From the IMG/VR virus record IMGVR_UViG_3300043411_001711, positions 1 through 55,958 of that record: a DNA stretch of 55,958 nucleotides; one strand, 5' to 3'. The notes below the pieces were generated by a model, which saw only the letters and a program-made list of their open reading frames with translations, made no database searches and was not told the origin of the DNA. Each line of letters begins with the position of its first letter. Position 1 is the first letter of the stretch. This document shows, piece by piece, positions 1 through 9,067 of this stretch. The position numbers and the translations under genes were made by a program. The DNA comes from a virus. Its lineage: Duplodnaviria > Caudoviricetes.

Positions 1-2
1 CT

Positions 3-128
3 TCGGCATCTGGCTCATACTCTGACAGCGACGACTGTCCGGACAATAACGACGAAGCCTACGGTTGGAATCATTTGTTTCTGGACCGCGAAGGCGAAGC
101 GGATGCCGGCGAGTGGATGCGAGTTATT
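3..128. repeat. Terminal direct repeat, left copy (assembly circularity overlap)
   Basis: 126 nt identical to 55833-55958; position 2 (T) differs from 55832 (G), a synonymous TCT/TCG Ser change. Confidence 0.97.
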
Positions 129-197
129 GTCGAAGCGACGGGCGAACCACTGTTCCCTCTGAAATCCTTTAACACGATTTTCTATCCACTGCTATGA
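3..197 (+). CDS. C-terminal part of the junction-spanning tail protein that starts at 54831
   Basis: Frame continues across the repeat (...SASGSYSDSDDCPDNNDEAYGWNHLF...FYPLL*); TGA at 195-197 overlaps the ATG at 194. Confidence 0.85.
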   Translation, partial: SASGSYSDSDDCPDNNDEAYGWNHLFLDREGEADAGEWMRVIVEATGEPLFPLKSFNTIFYPLL

Positions 198-1237
198 AAC
201 GACCGTATCAATGGACTCCGGGCGACCCGATTACTGCAGAGCGAATGAACTCTGATCAGGCGGAGGCCTCACGGTCACGCCGCGACATCGCCTTGGGCAG
301 CGGCTCGTCGATGGTCAACGAGGCACTCGGGAATCAGTCCGCCAACATGCGAAAGTCGTATCTGCGACTCGCTGTAGCGATTGAAAACTTCCAGATCCAG
401 CCAGAGAAGACCGACCTTGCCCAGGCTCTCGATGATGTGCCGTCCGGGCTGTGTCAGTGGTTTCGCCTGAATCGCAAAAGCGGGATTCACGTTGAAGATA
501 CTCTCTCCACTCCGTTTCGTGTGTATGACGTGCTGGGCGGTCTCAACGACCAAGTTGGCAAAGTCACAGGCGAGTTCTTCTACTGCGTCTACAACGAAGA
601 CTCGAAGCGGTGGGAGATTCTCCAGAGTTCCGGCGTAAAGTTAGCCTATGGAATCGTCGGCACCTGTCTCGGTGACGGCTGGTATGAAGTCGAACTCAGC
701 GATTGGGAAGAAACGCCATTTACGGGATCCGAGTCAGGTTCGCTCTCGGTTTCTGCATCGGCCTCCGATGACCCGTGCGATCTCTGTGCGATCGAGCCGA
801 CCGAAGCAGTCCCCGGCGACTCCGCAGAGTGCGACACGATTCAGGAGGTCAGTGTCTACCGGAACGCCGGGGCAGGACTCGGTGAGATCGTCTACGCCCA
901 CACCTGCAGCCTGATTCCGTTGCTTCCCGGAAGTCTCGTGAAGATGCTGAAGCGGTCTCCCGGGGGAGCCGCCAGTGATTCGGCGAGTGCCTCCGGAAGC
1001 CAGTCCTCAAGCGTCTCCGACGACATCATCACCGACCGACTCTACGACGTTGTTGACGCCTCGAAGCCATTGCTGTCCCTGCCGTTCCCGCAATACGAAT
1101 GCTGCACGTTGCCAGACGGATCTCGTGAAGTCCGTCTGGTCAAGTGTGACAGAGCGATCGTTGAAGGCGTGCCATGCTTTGGCGAACCGACTCCGTGCCC
1201 ATCATCGGACAGCGCCAGCCTCAGTGAAAGTCTGTGA
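194..1237 (+). CDS. Putative tail tip/baseplate protein with Ser-rich and Cys-rich segments
   Basis: Second gene after the tape measure; N-terminal 'W.PGDPITAERMN'; three SxSxS tracts. Confidence 0.6.
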   Translation: MKRPYQWTPGDPITAERMNSDQAEASRSRRDIALGSGSSMVNEALGNQSANMRKSYLRLAVAIENFQIQPEKTDLAQALDDVPSGLCQWFRLNRKSGIHVEDTLSTPFRVYDVLGGLNDQVGKVTGEFFYCVYNEDSKRWEILQSSGVKLAYGIVGTCLGDGWYEVELSDWEETPFTGSESGSLSVSASASDDPCDLCAIEPTEAVPGDSAECDTIQEVSVYRNAGAGLGEIVYAHTCSLIPLLPGSLVKMLKRSPGGAASDSASASGSQSSSVSDDIITDRLYDVVDASKPLLSLPFPQYECCTLPDGSREVRLVKCDRAIVEGVPCFGEPTPCPSSDSASLSESL

Positions 1238-1393
1238 GAGGACTTCGCGGTCGATGTACTCGGCAGTTTCCTGCTCCTGCTGTTCGCGGCGCATTCTCTC
1301 GGCGTGTGTTGTGATCGCCATGGGAATCCCAGTCAGAAGAACCCCCAGAAACGTCACCAGAACAACGACGAGAATCCAGTCAATGTATTTCAT
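1202..1393 (-). CDS. Small membrane protein (63 aa, MKYIDWILVVVLVTFLGVLL...)
   Basis: Single hydrophobic helix; ATG at 1393 coupled (ATGA) to the stop of the upstream minus-strand ORF. Confidence 0.6.
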   Translation of the reverse strand: MKYIDWILVVVLVTFLGVLLTGIPMAITTHAERMRREQQEQETAEYIDREVLSQTFTEAGAVR

Positions 1394-1923
1394 GGGCAAC
1401 CCAGTGTAACGAGACCTTCGACGGTAGCGGCGTAGAAGACAATCCCTCCGGAGGTCTCGCACCCCATCAAAGCGGTAAAACGAAACGATCCCAGAAAAGA
1501 TTCGTTAGCGACGTCGTCGCAGCCTGGACAGGAAAAAACCAAGTCTTCTACTTCAGCCCAGAACGGTGAAAGCGGAGGGTTGAATGGTCCTTGTCCGGAA
1601 ATCATTCCAGAGACCGCTGAGCGGTACTGAGCTCTCCAACGAAAGCCCCCAGTTAGCGGATCAACCGTACAAAACACTTTTGCATTGAGGTGCCCAGCTC
1701 CAAGTATCAGCACGGCGCCCTCTGGGTCATTCATCATGTCTTGACAGGAAAAGTCACCGCCGACGATTGTTGTGTAGCCGGGCCCTGTGCAGTCGTTCGC
1801 TGTAACAGTCGTTGTCCACTGAACGCTAGCAGAGGCTTCCTGAGGCCACTCCGGACAACACGGACAGAAAAACACGCCGCAGCATCCACACTCCAAGACT
1901 GCTTTCTTTAAGTTTCCAGCCAT
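1390..1923 (-). CDS. Cys-rich hypothetical protein (CGCC..CPCC N-terminus)
   Basis: 177-aa ORF, 13 Cys, fills the gap between plus-strand genes. Confidence 0.65.
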   Translation of the reverse strand: MAGNLKKAVLECGCCGVFFCPCCPEWPQEASASVQWTTTVTANDCTGPGYTTIVGGDFSCQDMMNDPEGAVLILGAGHLNAKVFCTVDPLTGGFRWRAQYRSAVSGMISGQGPFNPPLSPFWAEVEDLVFSCPGCDDVANESFLGSFRFTALMGCETSGGIVFYAATVEGLVTLGCP

Positions 1924-1968
1924 ACTACAATTTCCGAGAGCGTCTTAGGTTCAGAAGAAGGGGCACGA

Positions 1969-2667
1969 ATGCAATTCGTTTGGTTCTACATTACTGGCCC
2001 GGATAACGGATTTGAACTCCGGAAATCAATTCTGTCTGTGCAGCGGAACGTCCCTGGCGAACACAAGATCACTGTGATCGGCGAGAAGCCAGCGTGGTAC
2101 GACGGGCATCATCTTAAAGTCGCCCCGATCCGAATGCGAGTCCCGACCGGCCATCTGCCGTTTCGCGACACCCAGAACAAACTTGTTCACGCAGCGAACT
2201 CCCCGGAAATCGACGACTCCTTCGTCTGGATGATGGACGACGTTTACTTCCTAAAGACGACAACCGTCGAAGAAATCTGCCGGCCGATTCATGACCCATG
2301 GTATCGGGTCAACACAAAAACAATCTGGCATCAGCTCATCCGGATCACGTTCGCCACGCTGCAGAAGCACGGGAAGTCGAACCTGCAGTACGCAACCCAT
2401 CTCCCCCATCTCTTCGAAAAAGAGAAGCTGCGAGAGATGTTTGCCATCTACGACTACCCAAAGACTCTGTTATTATTCGAAAATCTGTATAGGAATCACT
2501 TCGAAAATCCAGAGAATGCAGTTTCATACACAGGGTTTCTGAGAAGGTTGCTGGTTCCGATGCCTTTGGGCGGGATCCACAGCATCCAGGAGAATGTTCT
2601 GAATTACCAGTCGAAGTGTTACACGCCGCAGATGAAGGCGTTCCTTGAGCAGAAGTTTCCGGAGTAG
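1969..2667 (+). CDS. Stealth-like / GT-A sugar(-phosphate) transferase
   Basis: ELRKSILSV..N, FVWMMDDVYF and THLPH motifs resemble Stealth conserved regions. Confidence 0.65.
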   Translation: MQFVWFYITGPDNGFELRKSILSVQRNVPGEHKITVIGEKPAWYDGHHLKVAPIRMRVPTGHLPFRDTQNKLVHAANSPEIDDSFVWMMDDVYFLKTTTVEEICRPIHDPWYRVNTKTIWHQLIRITFATLQKHGKSNLQYATHLPHLFEKEKLREMFAIYDYPKTLLLFENLYRNHFENPENAVSYTGFLRRLLVPMPLGGIHSIQENVLNYQSKCYTPQMKAFLEQKFPE

Positions 2668-2669
2668 TT

Positions 2670-3650
2670 ATGCAGGCAGACGAAGCAATTGGGAAGATGG
2701 TCGCCCCAGGACAGAAGCGAGCGAACATCTGGCGCAACGGTGTGCTACAGATCTGGATTACCCGGGCCTGTGATAAGGCCTGCTTCCATTGCACCCAGGG
2801 AAGCAACCTCGGAGGAAAAGCGGGGATGATTACTCCCGATCAGTTCGAAGAAGCCCTGCTGTCCCTGCAGTGCAATGAACGAGGCGGGTACTTCGGAGTC
2901 GTCGGGATGTTCGGAGGAAACCCTGCGATGCATCCGGAGTTCGAAACGCTTGTTCGAATACTGAAGAAGCATGTCCCGTTCGACCAGCGAGGGCTGTGGT
3001 GCAATAACCCGCTTGGAAAGGGCAAGTGGATGCGGGGAGTCTTTAACCCTGCCGTGAGCAACCTAAACGTGCATCAGGATCGCAAGGCCTACGATGAATT
3101 CGCAAAGGACTGGCCGGAGTGCCGACGATACCTGAAGGGGCTCGAAGAAGATTCGAGACATGGCCCACCTCTGGTTGCGATGCAGGACGTCATTGCCGAC
3201 GAAGGCGAGCGATGGGATCTGATTGCGAACTGTGACGTCAACCGGCACTGGTCGGCGATGATCGGCGTTGTTCGTGGCGAATTAAAGGCCTACTTCTGCG
3301 AACTCGCCGCCGCGCAAGCGATGCTCCACCAGAATAACATGAACTGGATGGGCACTGGGGCTCCGATGCCAGACACTGGACTTCCTGTCACTCCAGGGTG
3401 GTGGAGAAAACCGATTCAGGACTTCGCAGATCAGATCAAACTTCACTGCCATGCCTGCGGGATTCCACTGAAGGCCTTCGGTTCGTTAGCGAACGGTGGT
3501 CCGTTTGAACAGCACACAGTTACACACGCTCCGATCATGAAGTTCAAGAAGACCGATCGCCAGGGTCAACTCGTTGAAACACTGGTCCAACTTGGGGAGA
3601 AGCATCTCCCGAAAGCAACCGACTACATTCAGAATTCAGGACTTCAATGA
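2670..3650 (+). CDS. Radical SAM enzyme
   Basis: CDKACFHC (CxxxCxxC), GGNP motif, additional C-terminal Cys (SPASM/twitch-like). Confidence 0.85.
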   Translation: MQADEAIGKMVAPGQKRANIWRNGVLQIWITRACDKACFHCTQGSNLGGKAGMITPDQFEEALLSLQCNERGGYFGVVGMFGGNPAMHPEFETLVRILKKHVPFDQRGLWCNNPLGKGKWMRGVFNPAVSNLNVHQDRKAYDEFAKDWPECRRYLKGLEEDSRHGPPLVAMQDVIADEGERWDLIANCDVNRHWSAMIGVVRGELKAYFCELAAAQAMLHQNNMNWMGTGAPMPDTGLPVTPGWWRKPIQDFADQIKLHCHACGIPLKAFGSLANGGPFEQHTVTHAPIMKFKKTDRQGQLVETLVQLGEKHLPKATDYIQNSGLQ

Positions 3651-4237
3651 AAGCGATTTTATCACCAGAGATCCATGACCGCAGTGAATTCAGTCTGCTC
3701 TGCAACTGGAGGAAGTTGTATCGCGCTGTGGAAGTGGGCGTCGACCGCGCAGGCTTCGCCGAAGAATTCATGTCGCGATGGCGAGGGCATAATTACTTCG
3801 GAATCGACACATACGAATCTTACCCTGAATTCCCGTGGAGCAGGGAAACAGACTACTTGATGGCTGTTGCGAGGTTTGAGCGATCCAGAATCAATTGCAA
3901 ACTGATCAAAGCGGAGTCAGTTGCTGCGGCAGAATCCTTGAAGTCATACAGTGGCCAGTTTTTTGCGGACCTTCGACTGATTGACTTTGTTTACGTTGAC
4001 GCAGGACATGATTACGAATCTGTAAAAAAAGATCTGGAGGCCTGGTGGCCGCTCGTTAGCGAAATAGGAGTCTTCGCTGGGCATGACTACGACGAAGGGC
4101 ACCCGGAAGTTGTTCTCGCTGTGGACGAGTTCTTCGAAGGTAAAGCAGTGGTCTATCGGACCCACGAGCAGATCTCATCATGGTATGTATACAGAAATGG
4201 AATGCCAGGTAATGACTGGAGGCGAGTCCGTGATTAA
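3647..4237 (+). CDS. Class I SAM-dependent methyltransferase (Methyltransf_24-like)
   Basis: VEVGV, DFVYVDAGHDYESV..DL, GHDY motifs. Confidence 0.85.
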   Translation: MKAILSPEIHDRSEFSLLCNWRKLYRAVEVGVDRAGFAEEFMSRWRGHNYFGIDTYESYPEFPWSRETDYLMAVARFERSRINCKLIKAESVAAAESLKSYSGQFFADLRLIDFVYVDAGHDYESVKKDLEAWWPLVSEIGVFAGHDYDEGHPEVVLAVDEFFEGKAVVYRTHEQISSWYVYRNGMPGNDWRRVRD

Positions 4238-5057
4238 GCCTCGAGGAATTGTGATTTGCGTCAATTATGACGACATCCTGAGGATTACTCTTCCTTGGAA
4301 TTTGTCGTGTCTTTCGGAATGCTGCGTCATCACTTCGCACAGCGACAACCGCACTGCATCATACGTCAACGCGCTATCAGAGTCTTATGCTCCAGGTTTT
4401 CTAAGACTATTTCAAACCGACGCATTCACTCGGTATGGAGCGAAGTTCAATAAAGGCCTTGCAATGGAGGAGGGTCTCGACTTTTTTGGGCGAGAAGACT
4501 GGATGCTGATATGGGACGCCGACACGGCACTTCCTAGAGATTTTGCTCTTTCGAACATTGAGTGCGGTAATCTTTACGGCGCAAAGCGAAGAATGATCGA
4601 ACAGGCATCACGGGAAACGCTCGTTTGCGACTGGTCGAATCTTCCTTTGGCAAAAGATATTGAATTCGCGGGGTTCTTTCAGTTGTTTCATGCTGAGGAC
4701 TTCGTGCTCCGTAAGAAACCATGGTACGACCCAACATTCATTCACGCTGGAGGAGGAGACGCATTTTTTCAGTCGCTCTGGGGGATTCGATCAAAGATTC
4801 GCCTTGAGATAGAGTGCCTGCACATTGGGCCTCGGGATCAGAACTGGTATGGTCGAGTTTCCAGTCGCCTTGATGGTGAACCGAATGAAGATGTTCTATC
4901 TCGCTCTGCCTCGATGACGAACATGAAAAGGTCGAATGGGTGGATCAAGGATGGAAAGAAGATCGTTCGTGTTAAAGACCGCGTGAAAGTCCCCGGATAC
5001 ACAAGCACATTCATTTGGCACCGAAGTAACCCTGAAACTGACGTGATTAACCCATAA
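4230..5057 (+). CDS. GT-A fold glycosyltransferase (paralog 1)
   Basis: FNKG, WDAD (DxD), GFFQLF, AGGGD motifs; GTG start with GGAGG at 4218. Confidence 0.75.
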   Translation: MIKPRGIVICVNYDDILRITLPWNLSCLSECCVITSHSDNRTASYVNALSESYAPGFLRLFQTDAFTRYGAKFNKGLAMEEGLDFFGREDWMLIWDADTALPRDFALSNIECGNLYGAKRRMIEQASRETLVCDWSNLPLAKDIEFAGFFQLFHAEDFVLRKKPWYDPTFIHAGGGDAFFQSLWGIRSKIRLEIECLHIGPRDQNWYGRVSSRLDGEPNEDVLSRSASMTNMKRSNGWIKDGKKIVRVKDRVKVPGYTSTFIWHRSNPETDVINP

Positions 5058-5797
5058 TGCACCAGTTCCGCTCAATCACGATCTGCGTCGAGTACACCGA
5101 CCTCCTCGCGTTAACTATTCCGTTTAACGCACCGTGGTTCAGTGAAACGATGATCGTGACGTCGGAGCAGGATCGCAAGACACAGCAGTATTGCATCGAC
5201 AACGAAATCCGCTGCCACGTCACCGATGCCTTCTATCGACGTGGAGCAGTGTTCAATAAGTGGGCGGCTCTGGAGGAGGGGCTCGATGTCTACGGTCGTA
5301 CTGGCTGGCTGTGTCTCCTGGATGCTGATGTGGTTCTGCCTCGTCGAATCGGAGCGTGGACTCCGAAAGTGGGGAATCTCTACACGCCGCGCCGCAGGAT
5401 CTGGGATCCGCCGCCGGCAGCGATTCCGAATGAACGCACCTGGGGTCTTAACCGGCGTTCTTTGCTACGAGAGGACTTTGCTGGATACTGCCAGTTCTTC
5501 CATGCAGAGGATCCTGTCCTTGGATCTTCGCCGTGGCATGCGACGGATTGGACGTGGGCCGGTGGTGCAGACACATATTTTTGCAAGAAATGGGCGGACC
5601 AAAAAAAGCTAAGAACGCCGTTTGAGTGCCTGCATCTTGGGCCTCCATTCCATAACTGGGCAGGACGAACGACGCCATTCTTGGACGGCACAGAACCAGA
5701 GCAGGCTGAGAAGCGGAAAGGCGTCCGTGCGATGCTGATGAACGCCAGGAAGGCAAATAACCGACAGAACCGATACTTAGCGGAGAAACTCAAATGA
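5057..5797 (+). CDS. GT-A fold glycosyltransferase (paralog 2)
   Basis: FNK, LDAD, GYCQFF, AGGAD; collinear similarity to 4230-5057. Confidence 0.75.
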   Translation: MHQFRSITICVEYTDLLALTIPFNAPWFSETMIVTSEQDRKTQQYCIDNEIRCHVTDAFYRRGAVFNKWAALEEGLDVYGRTGWLCLLDADVVLPRRIGAWTPKVGNLYTPRRRIWDPPPAAIPNERTWGLNRRSLLREDFAGYCQFFHAEDPVLGSSPWHATDWTWAGGADTYFCKKWADQKKLRTPFECLHLGPPFHNWAGRTTPFLDGTEPEQAEKRKGVRAMLMNARKANNRQNRYLAEKLK

Positions 5798-6711
5798 AGA
5801 TCGCTGCAGGCGTCCTGCTCGCTCCTCGACCACTGGGACCAGTGTATCAGGAATGCATCGACTCACTGAAGTCGTCGCTGAACTGCACTGTCCGTGTTTT
5901 CGCCGAACCAAATTCCCCGAAGACGTTTGCGACGTATCGCCCTGATCACTACGCACCACCATGGGGGCTGACCTCTGGTCCGAATGGCGAACTCGGCAAC
6001 TTCCAGAACTGGATCCAGTCCGCGCGGGACATGCTTGTTCTGGAGCCCGACGCGGATGCGATCCTGATCGCCGAGGACGACGCGATTTTCACCCCGAACA
6101 TCTTGTCCGTTCTCGAGCGAGATCTCTGGCCATGTCCAAACACGGGATGCGTTACGCTCTATTGCCCGCACATGAGCCAGTACAACAACCGAGTCAACGG
6201 TCTCACCCAGACGACGATTCGAGTCCCGCGGCACGATGCCTTGAAGAAGGTTGGGAATCTCGTCGGCGCTTTGGCTCTACTCTTTCCACGGCAATCGCTG
6301 GAAGAACTCGTCGTGCATCCAAGCATTGCAAAGTGGGGCGGATCGCATGGACAGAAGGACAATCCGAACACGAAGCGATGGGAACTCAAAGCGGTCGACA
6401 CATGGATCGGGCGGACACTGGCAGCGATGGGGAAGACCATCTGGCATTACACGCCGAGCCTTGTCGGACATAACGAAGTGCATCCGAAACTGAGCAACAG
6501 TTCGCTCGGACACCAGCAGTCACAGACTCGGAAGGCCAGAGGATGGGTTGGGCGTCGACCCATCGACCTTCTGAGGATGATGAACCCCCGGAGGAACCGT
6601 TATGACATCGTTGCCGATTTACGTGAGGGTGCGTTCGGAATACGAAACCTCGGACATGAGCCGATACCGCTTCGGCCTGACGGACAACATTCTGAGCCAG
6701 TCGCTCCGTAA
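5794..6711 (+). CDS. Glycosyltransferase (EDD-type GT-A, GT25/GT54-like)
   Basis: ILIAEDDA and PSLVGH motifs. Confidence 0.65.
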   Translation: MKIAAGVLLAPRPLGPVYQECIDSLKSSLNCTVRVFAEPNSPKTFATYRPDHYAPPWGLTSGPNGELGNFQNWIQSARDMLVLEPDADAILIAEDDAIFTPNILSVLERDLWPCPNTGCVTLYCPHMSQYNNRVNGLTQTTIRVPRHDALKKVGNLVGALALLFPRQSLEELVVHPSIAKWGGSHGQKDNPNTKRWELKAVDTWIGRTLAAMGKTIWHYTPSLVGHNEVHPKLSNSSLGHQQSQTRKARGWVGRRPIDLLRMMNPRRNRYDIVADLREGAFGIRNLGHEPIPLRPDGQHSEPVAP

Positions 6712-7285
6712 GCAGACCTGCCAGGACTTCACGGTCATCCTGCTGCAGAATTCAACGGACCCACTGTTCACAAGACGCATTCGGTCTCTGGGTGTTAATG
6801 GGCGACTGGTGATCCACGACGACGGCTTGGAACACCCGCGAATCGAAGTGACCGTTGGAGATGATGATTTTCTGGGACCGGATTTCATCCAGAAGATCCG
6901 AGACTGCGAAGAATTCGTCGGGAACGGAAGGATACTGTTCCCCAATGGGTTTCTGTTCTACCGGCGGCGATGCTTTCTCTGGAGAAACCACCCGGATCAG
7001 GTGAAGGTCGACGTGATCTTCGAGCCAGGGAAGTTCGTCTTCGAGAACGTGGTCGGCAGTCTGGATTCGTCCTGGATCTACTGTAGGCACTGGGCCAACA
7101 CGAACTTCATCGATGAAAGCCAGATCCGCAACGAAGTCCAAGTGAAGTGGGCCGGATGGCAGCAGAATATCGTCCAGCGTTACTGTGACGCGGACATTAA
7201 GACAGGGACTGCGGCGAATGCGACGGTGTCGGCGCCTCGCCGTGTGATCATCCCAAGAGAAAAGAAGGGACAACGACGACGATGA
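6602..7285 (+). CDS. Putative rhamnosyltransferase-like glycosyltransferase
   Basis: SLRKQTCQDF and GDDDFLGPDFI motifs. Confidence 0.55.
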   Translation: MTSLPIYVRVRSEYETSDMSRYRFGLTDNILSQSLRKQTCQDFTVILLQNSTDPLFTRRIRSLGVNGRLVIHDDGLEHPRIEVTVGDDDFLGPDFIQKIRDCEEFVGNGRILFPNGFLFYRRRCFLWRNHPDQVKVDVIFEPGKFVFENVVGSLDSSWIYCRHWANTNFIDESQIRNEVQVKWAGWQQNIVQRYCDADIKTGTAANATVSAPRRVIIPREKKGQRRR

Positions 7286-7554
7286 TTTTTGACTATGTGT
7301 TAGCGTGGCTCATTACCTATGGCTTTGCGTTTTCGTTTGCGGTGACAAAAGGTCCGTATGGTCTCTTTGAATTCTTCCGTGAGGATGTTAAGTCTAAAGA
7401 CCTGCCAGAGTGGGTGAAGGATGGGGTTCAGTGCCCCATCTGCCTGTCCTTCTGGTTTGGATTCGCTGTTATGCTTGGACTTGGTGGAGGCGTCACCATG
7501 TGGCTATCAAGTTTTGGATTCACCTGTTTGGTGGTGAGTCTTTCGCCGGACTGA
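7282..7554 (+). CDS. DUF1360-like membrane protein
   Basis: Hydrophobic helices with CPICLSFW motif. Confidence 0.6.
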   Translation: MIFDYVLAWLITYGFAFSFAVTKGPYGLFEFFREDVKSKDLPEWVKDGVQCPICLSFWFGFAVMLGLGGGVTMWLSSFGFTCLVVSLSPD

Positions 7555-7639
7555 ACTTCCCTGCCTTCATTGCTGGCTGTTATTCCCTTCGGAGCAGTCA
7601 GGGACGCCCTTGAAGGCAGGGTTTTCTTTGGAGATCGCG

Positions 7640-7885
7640 ATGAAAGATTTCTTCACAAGCCCTACCACCGTCGGCATCCTGCGGCATGTCCTGACTCTCG
7701 TCGGGACGATGCTTGCCACTCGGGGTCTCATGACTCCGGAAGAAGCCTCGACGCTGGTTAACGTCACCATGGAAATTGGAGGATCAGCGTTGATCCTCGT
7801 TAGTATCATTGGCTCCGTCGTTAATAAGAAGAACCAAAATGGAAACACTGACCCGCCAGGCAGAATTGGCAGCAGCAAGAGTTGA
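7640..7885 (+). CDS. Putative holin
   Basis: Two TM segments, GILRHVLT motif, basic C-terminus; GGAG upstream. Confidence 0.6.
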   Translation: MKDFFTSPTTVGILRHVLTLVGTMLATRGLMTPEEASTLVNVTMEIGGSALILVSIIGSVVNKKNQNGNTDPPGRIGSSKS

Positions 7886-8198
7886 CTCAAATGCCGTCGG
7901 CATGGACCCACTCACGATCTTGACGATCTTGACGCAAGTCGTACCGATGATCGCTGCCTGTTGGAAACGAGATTCGACAGTTAACGCTGCGGATCCTTAT
8001 GCGAACCTGCGATCCTTCCATGAGAAGAATCCGGGTGGCTTGCGAAAGAAAGTGGCTCGTCGCATTCGCGCTGAAGCCACCGAGAGAATGGAGAAGTGGC
8101 AGTCGTTCCAGTTGGCTGATGGCGTAATTCAGCAGGCACTGTCCACACGACCTGAAATTGTCGCCGCGTGTTGTGCGGAGGCTCCGGAGGAACTATGA
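7839..8198 (+). CDS. Hypothetical protein (possible membrane anchor)
   Basis: ORF coupled to neighbours; DPLTILTILTQVVPMIAAC hydrophobic stretch. Confidence 0.6.
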   Translation: METLTRQAELAAARVDSNAVGMDPLTILTILTQVVPMIAACWKRDSTVNAADPYANLRSFHEKNPGGLRKKVARRIRAEATERMEKWQSFQLADGVIQQALSTRPEIVAACCAEAPEEL

Positions 8199-9067
8199 AC
8201 TGGTTTGCATGCGTCCTGCTCGCCCTGACGTTCGACGAGGCTCCGGTGGTGCTGAAACCCGCCCCGGAGACACCTCAGATTCATTTGCCTGTGGTCCCGG
8301 TCCTCGTCGAGCCCGACGTGATCGACGATGAACCGGAACCACCCAAGCCTCGACCGGATCGCACACCGAAACCGGTTACGACGATCTCCGAGGAGCAGTT
8401 GTATGTCATCGAGTCGACGATTCCTCTGATCGTTTTGTCGAGTCCTGATGGCTTCGTGAAAATCGAAGCGGAAGAAGGACCACAGAAGGTTAAGGCGAAA
8501 TTCGTCGACGGCACTGGAAAGATGGAGACACGGGTCTTTAACCTGAAGCACCTGTACTTCATCAACGCAGTGAAGCCTGGGAAACTCGAGCTGATCATTG
8601 TACCAATTGGCGTCGAAAAGCCGGAGAACATTCTCCGGCAGGAACTGACGGTGCTCGGCCAGATGCCGAATCCGCCGCCGAATCCGCCGCCGGAGCCGGA
8701 CGTCGACCCAATTCCTGATCCCGTCGATCCGCCTGCTCCTGTGGCTTCGTTTCGAGTCATTTTCATAAAGGAATCTGGTGTCACGCTGAACACTCAGCAG
8801 TCGTCGATTCCTGCAGCGAAAGTTATTCGCGATTATCTCGTCGCAAAGACGACGCCAGAGAACGGTCAGCCTGGCTGGAGAGAATACGACCCAGATCAGA
8901 GCACTACGACAGAACAGCCGACTATGGCGGCTCTTTGGGCCAGTGTAAAGCCGAGCATCACGAAAGTTCCGTGCCTCGTCATTGAAGTCAACGGGCATGC
9001 GACTGTAATGCCGTTCCCAGCGAACGTCGATGAATGTATGGCGACTCTCAAGAAAGCAGGTGGATAA
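8195..9067 (+). CDS. Exported Pro-rich protein with possible thioredoxin-fold C-terminal domain
   Basis: Signal-peptide-like N-terminus, PNPPPNPPPEPD linkers, KVPCLVI near C-terminus. Confidence 0.6.
   Translation: MNWFACVLLALTFDEAPVVLKPAPETPQIHLPVVPVLVEPDVIDDEPEPPKPRPDRTPKPVTTISEEQLYVIESTIPLIVLSSPDGFVKIEAEEGPQKVKAKFVDGTGKMETRVFNLKHLYFINAVKPGKLELIIVPIGVEKPENILRQELTVLGQMPNPPPNPPPEPDVDPIPDPVDPPAPVASFRVIFIKESGVTLNTQQSSIPAAKVIRDYLVAKTTPENGQPGWREYDPDQSTTTEQPTMAALWASVKPSITKVPCLVIEVNGHATVMPFPANVDECMATLKKAGG

Noticed and set aside
3-128. Terminal repeat as a biological DTR
   Set aside because: Length is close to a common assembler k-mer overlap and it falls mid-gene; best explained as a circular assembly artefact
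1969-7285. GT cluster as a DNA hypermodification system
   Set aside because: Not excluded, but I see no hydroxymethylase, TET/JBP or nucleotide kinase partners, and the cluster lies among late genes
8665-8700. 12-bp tandem repeat CCGAATCCGCCG
   Set aside because: Simply encodes the PNPP linker
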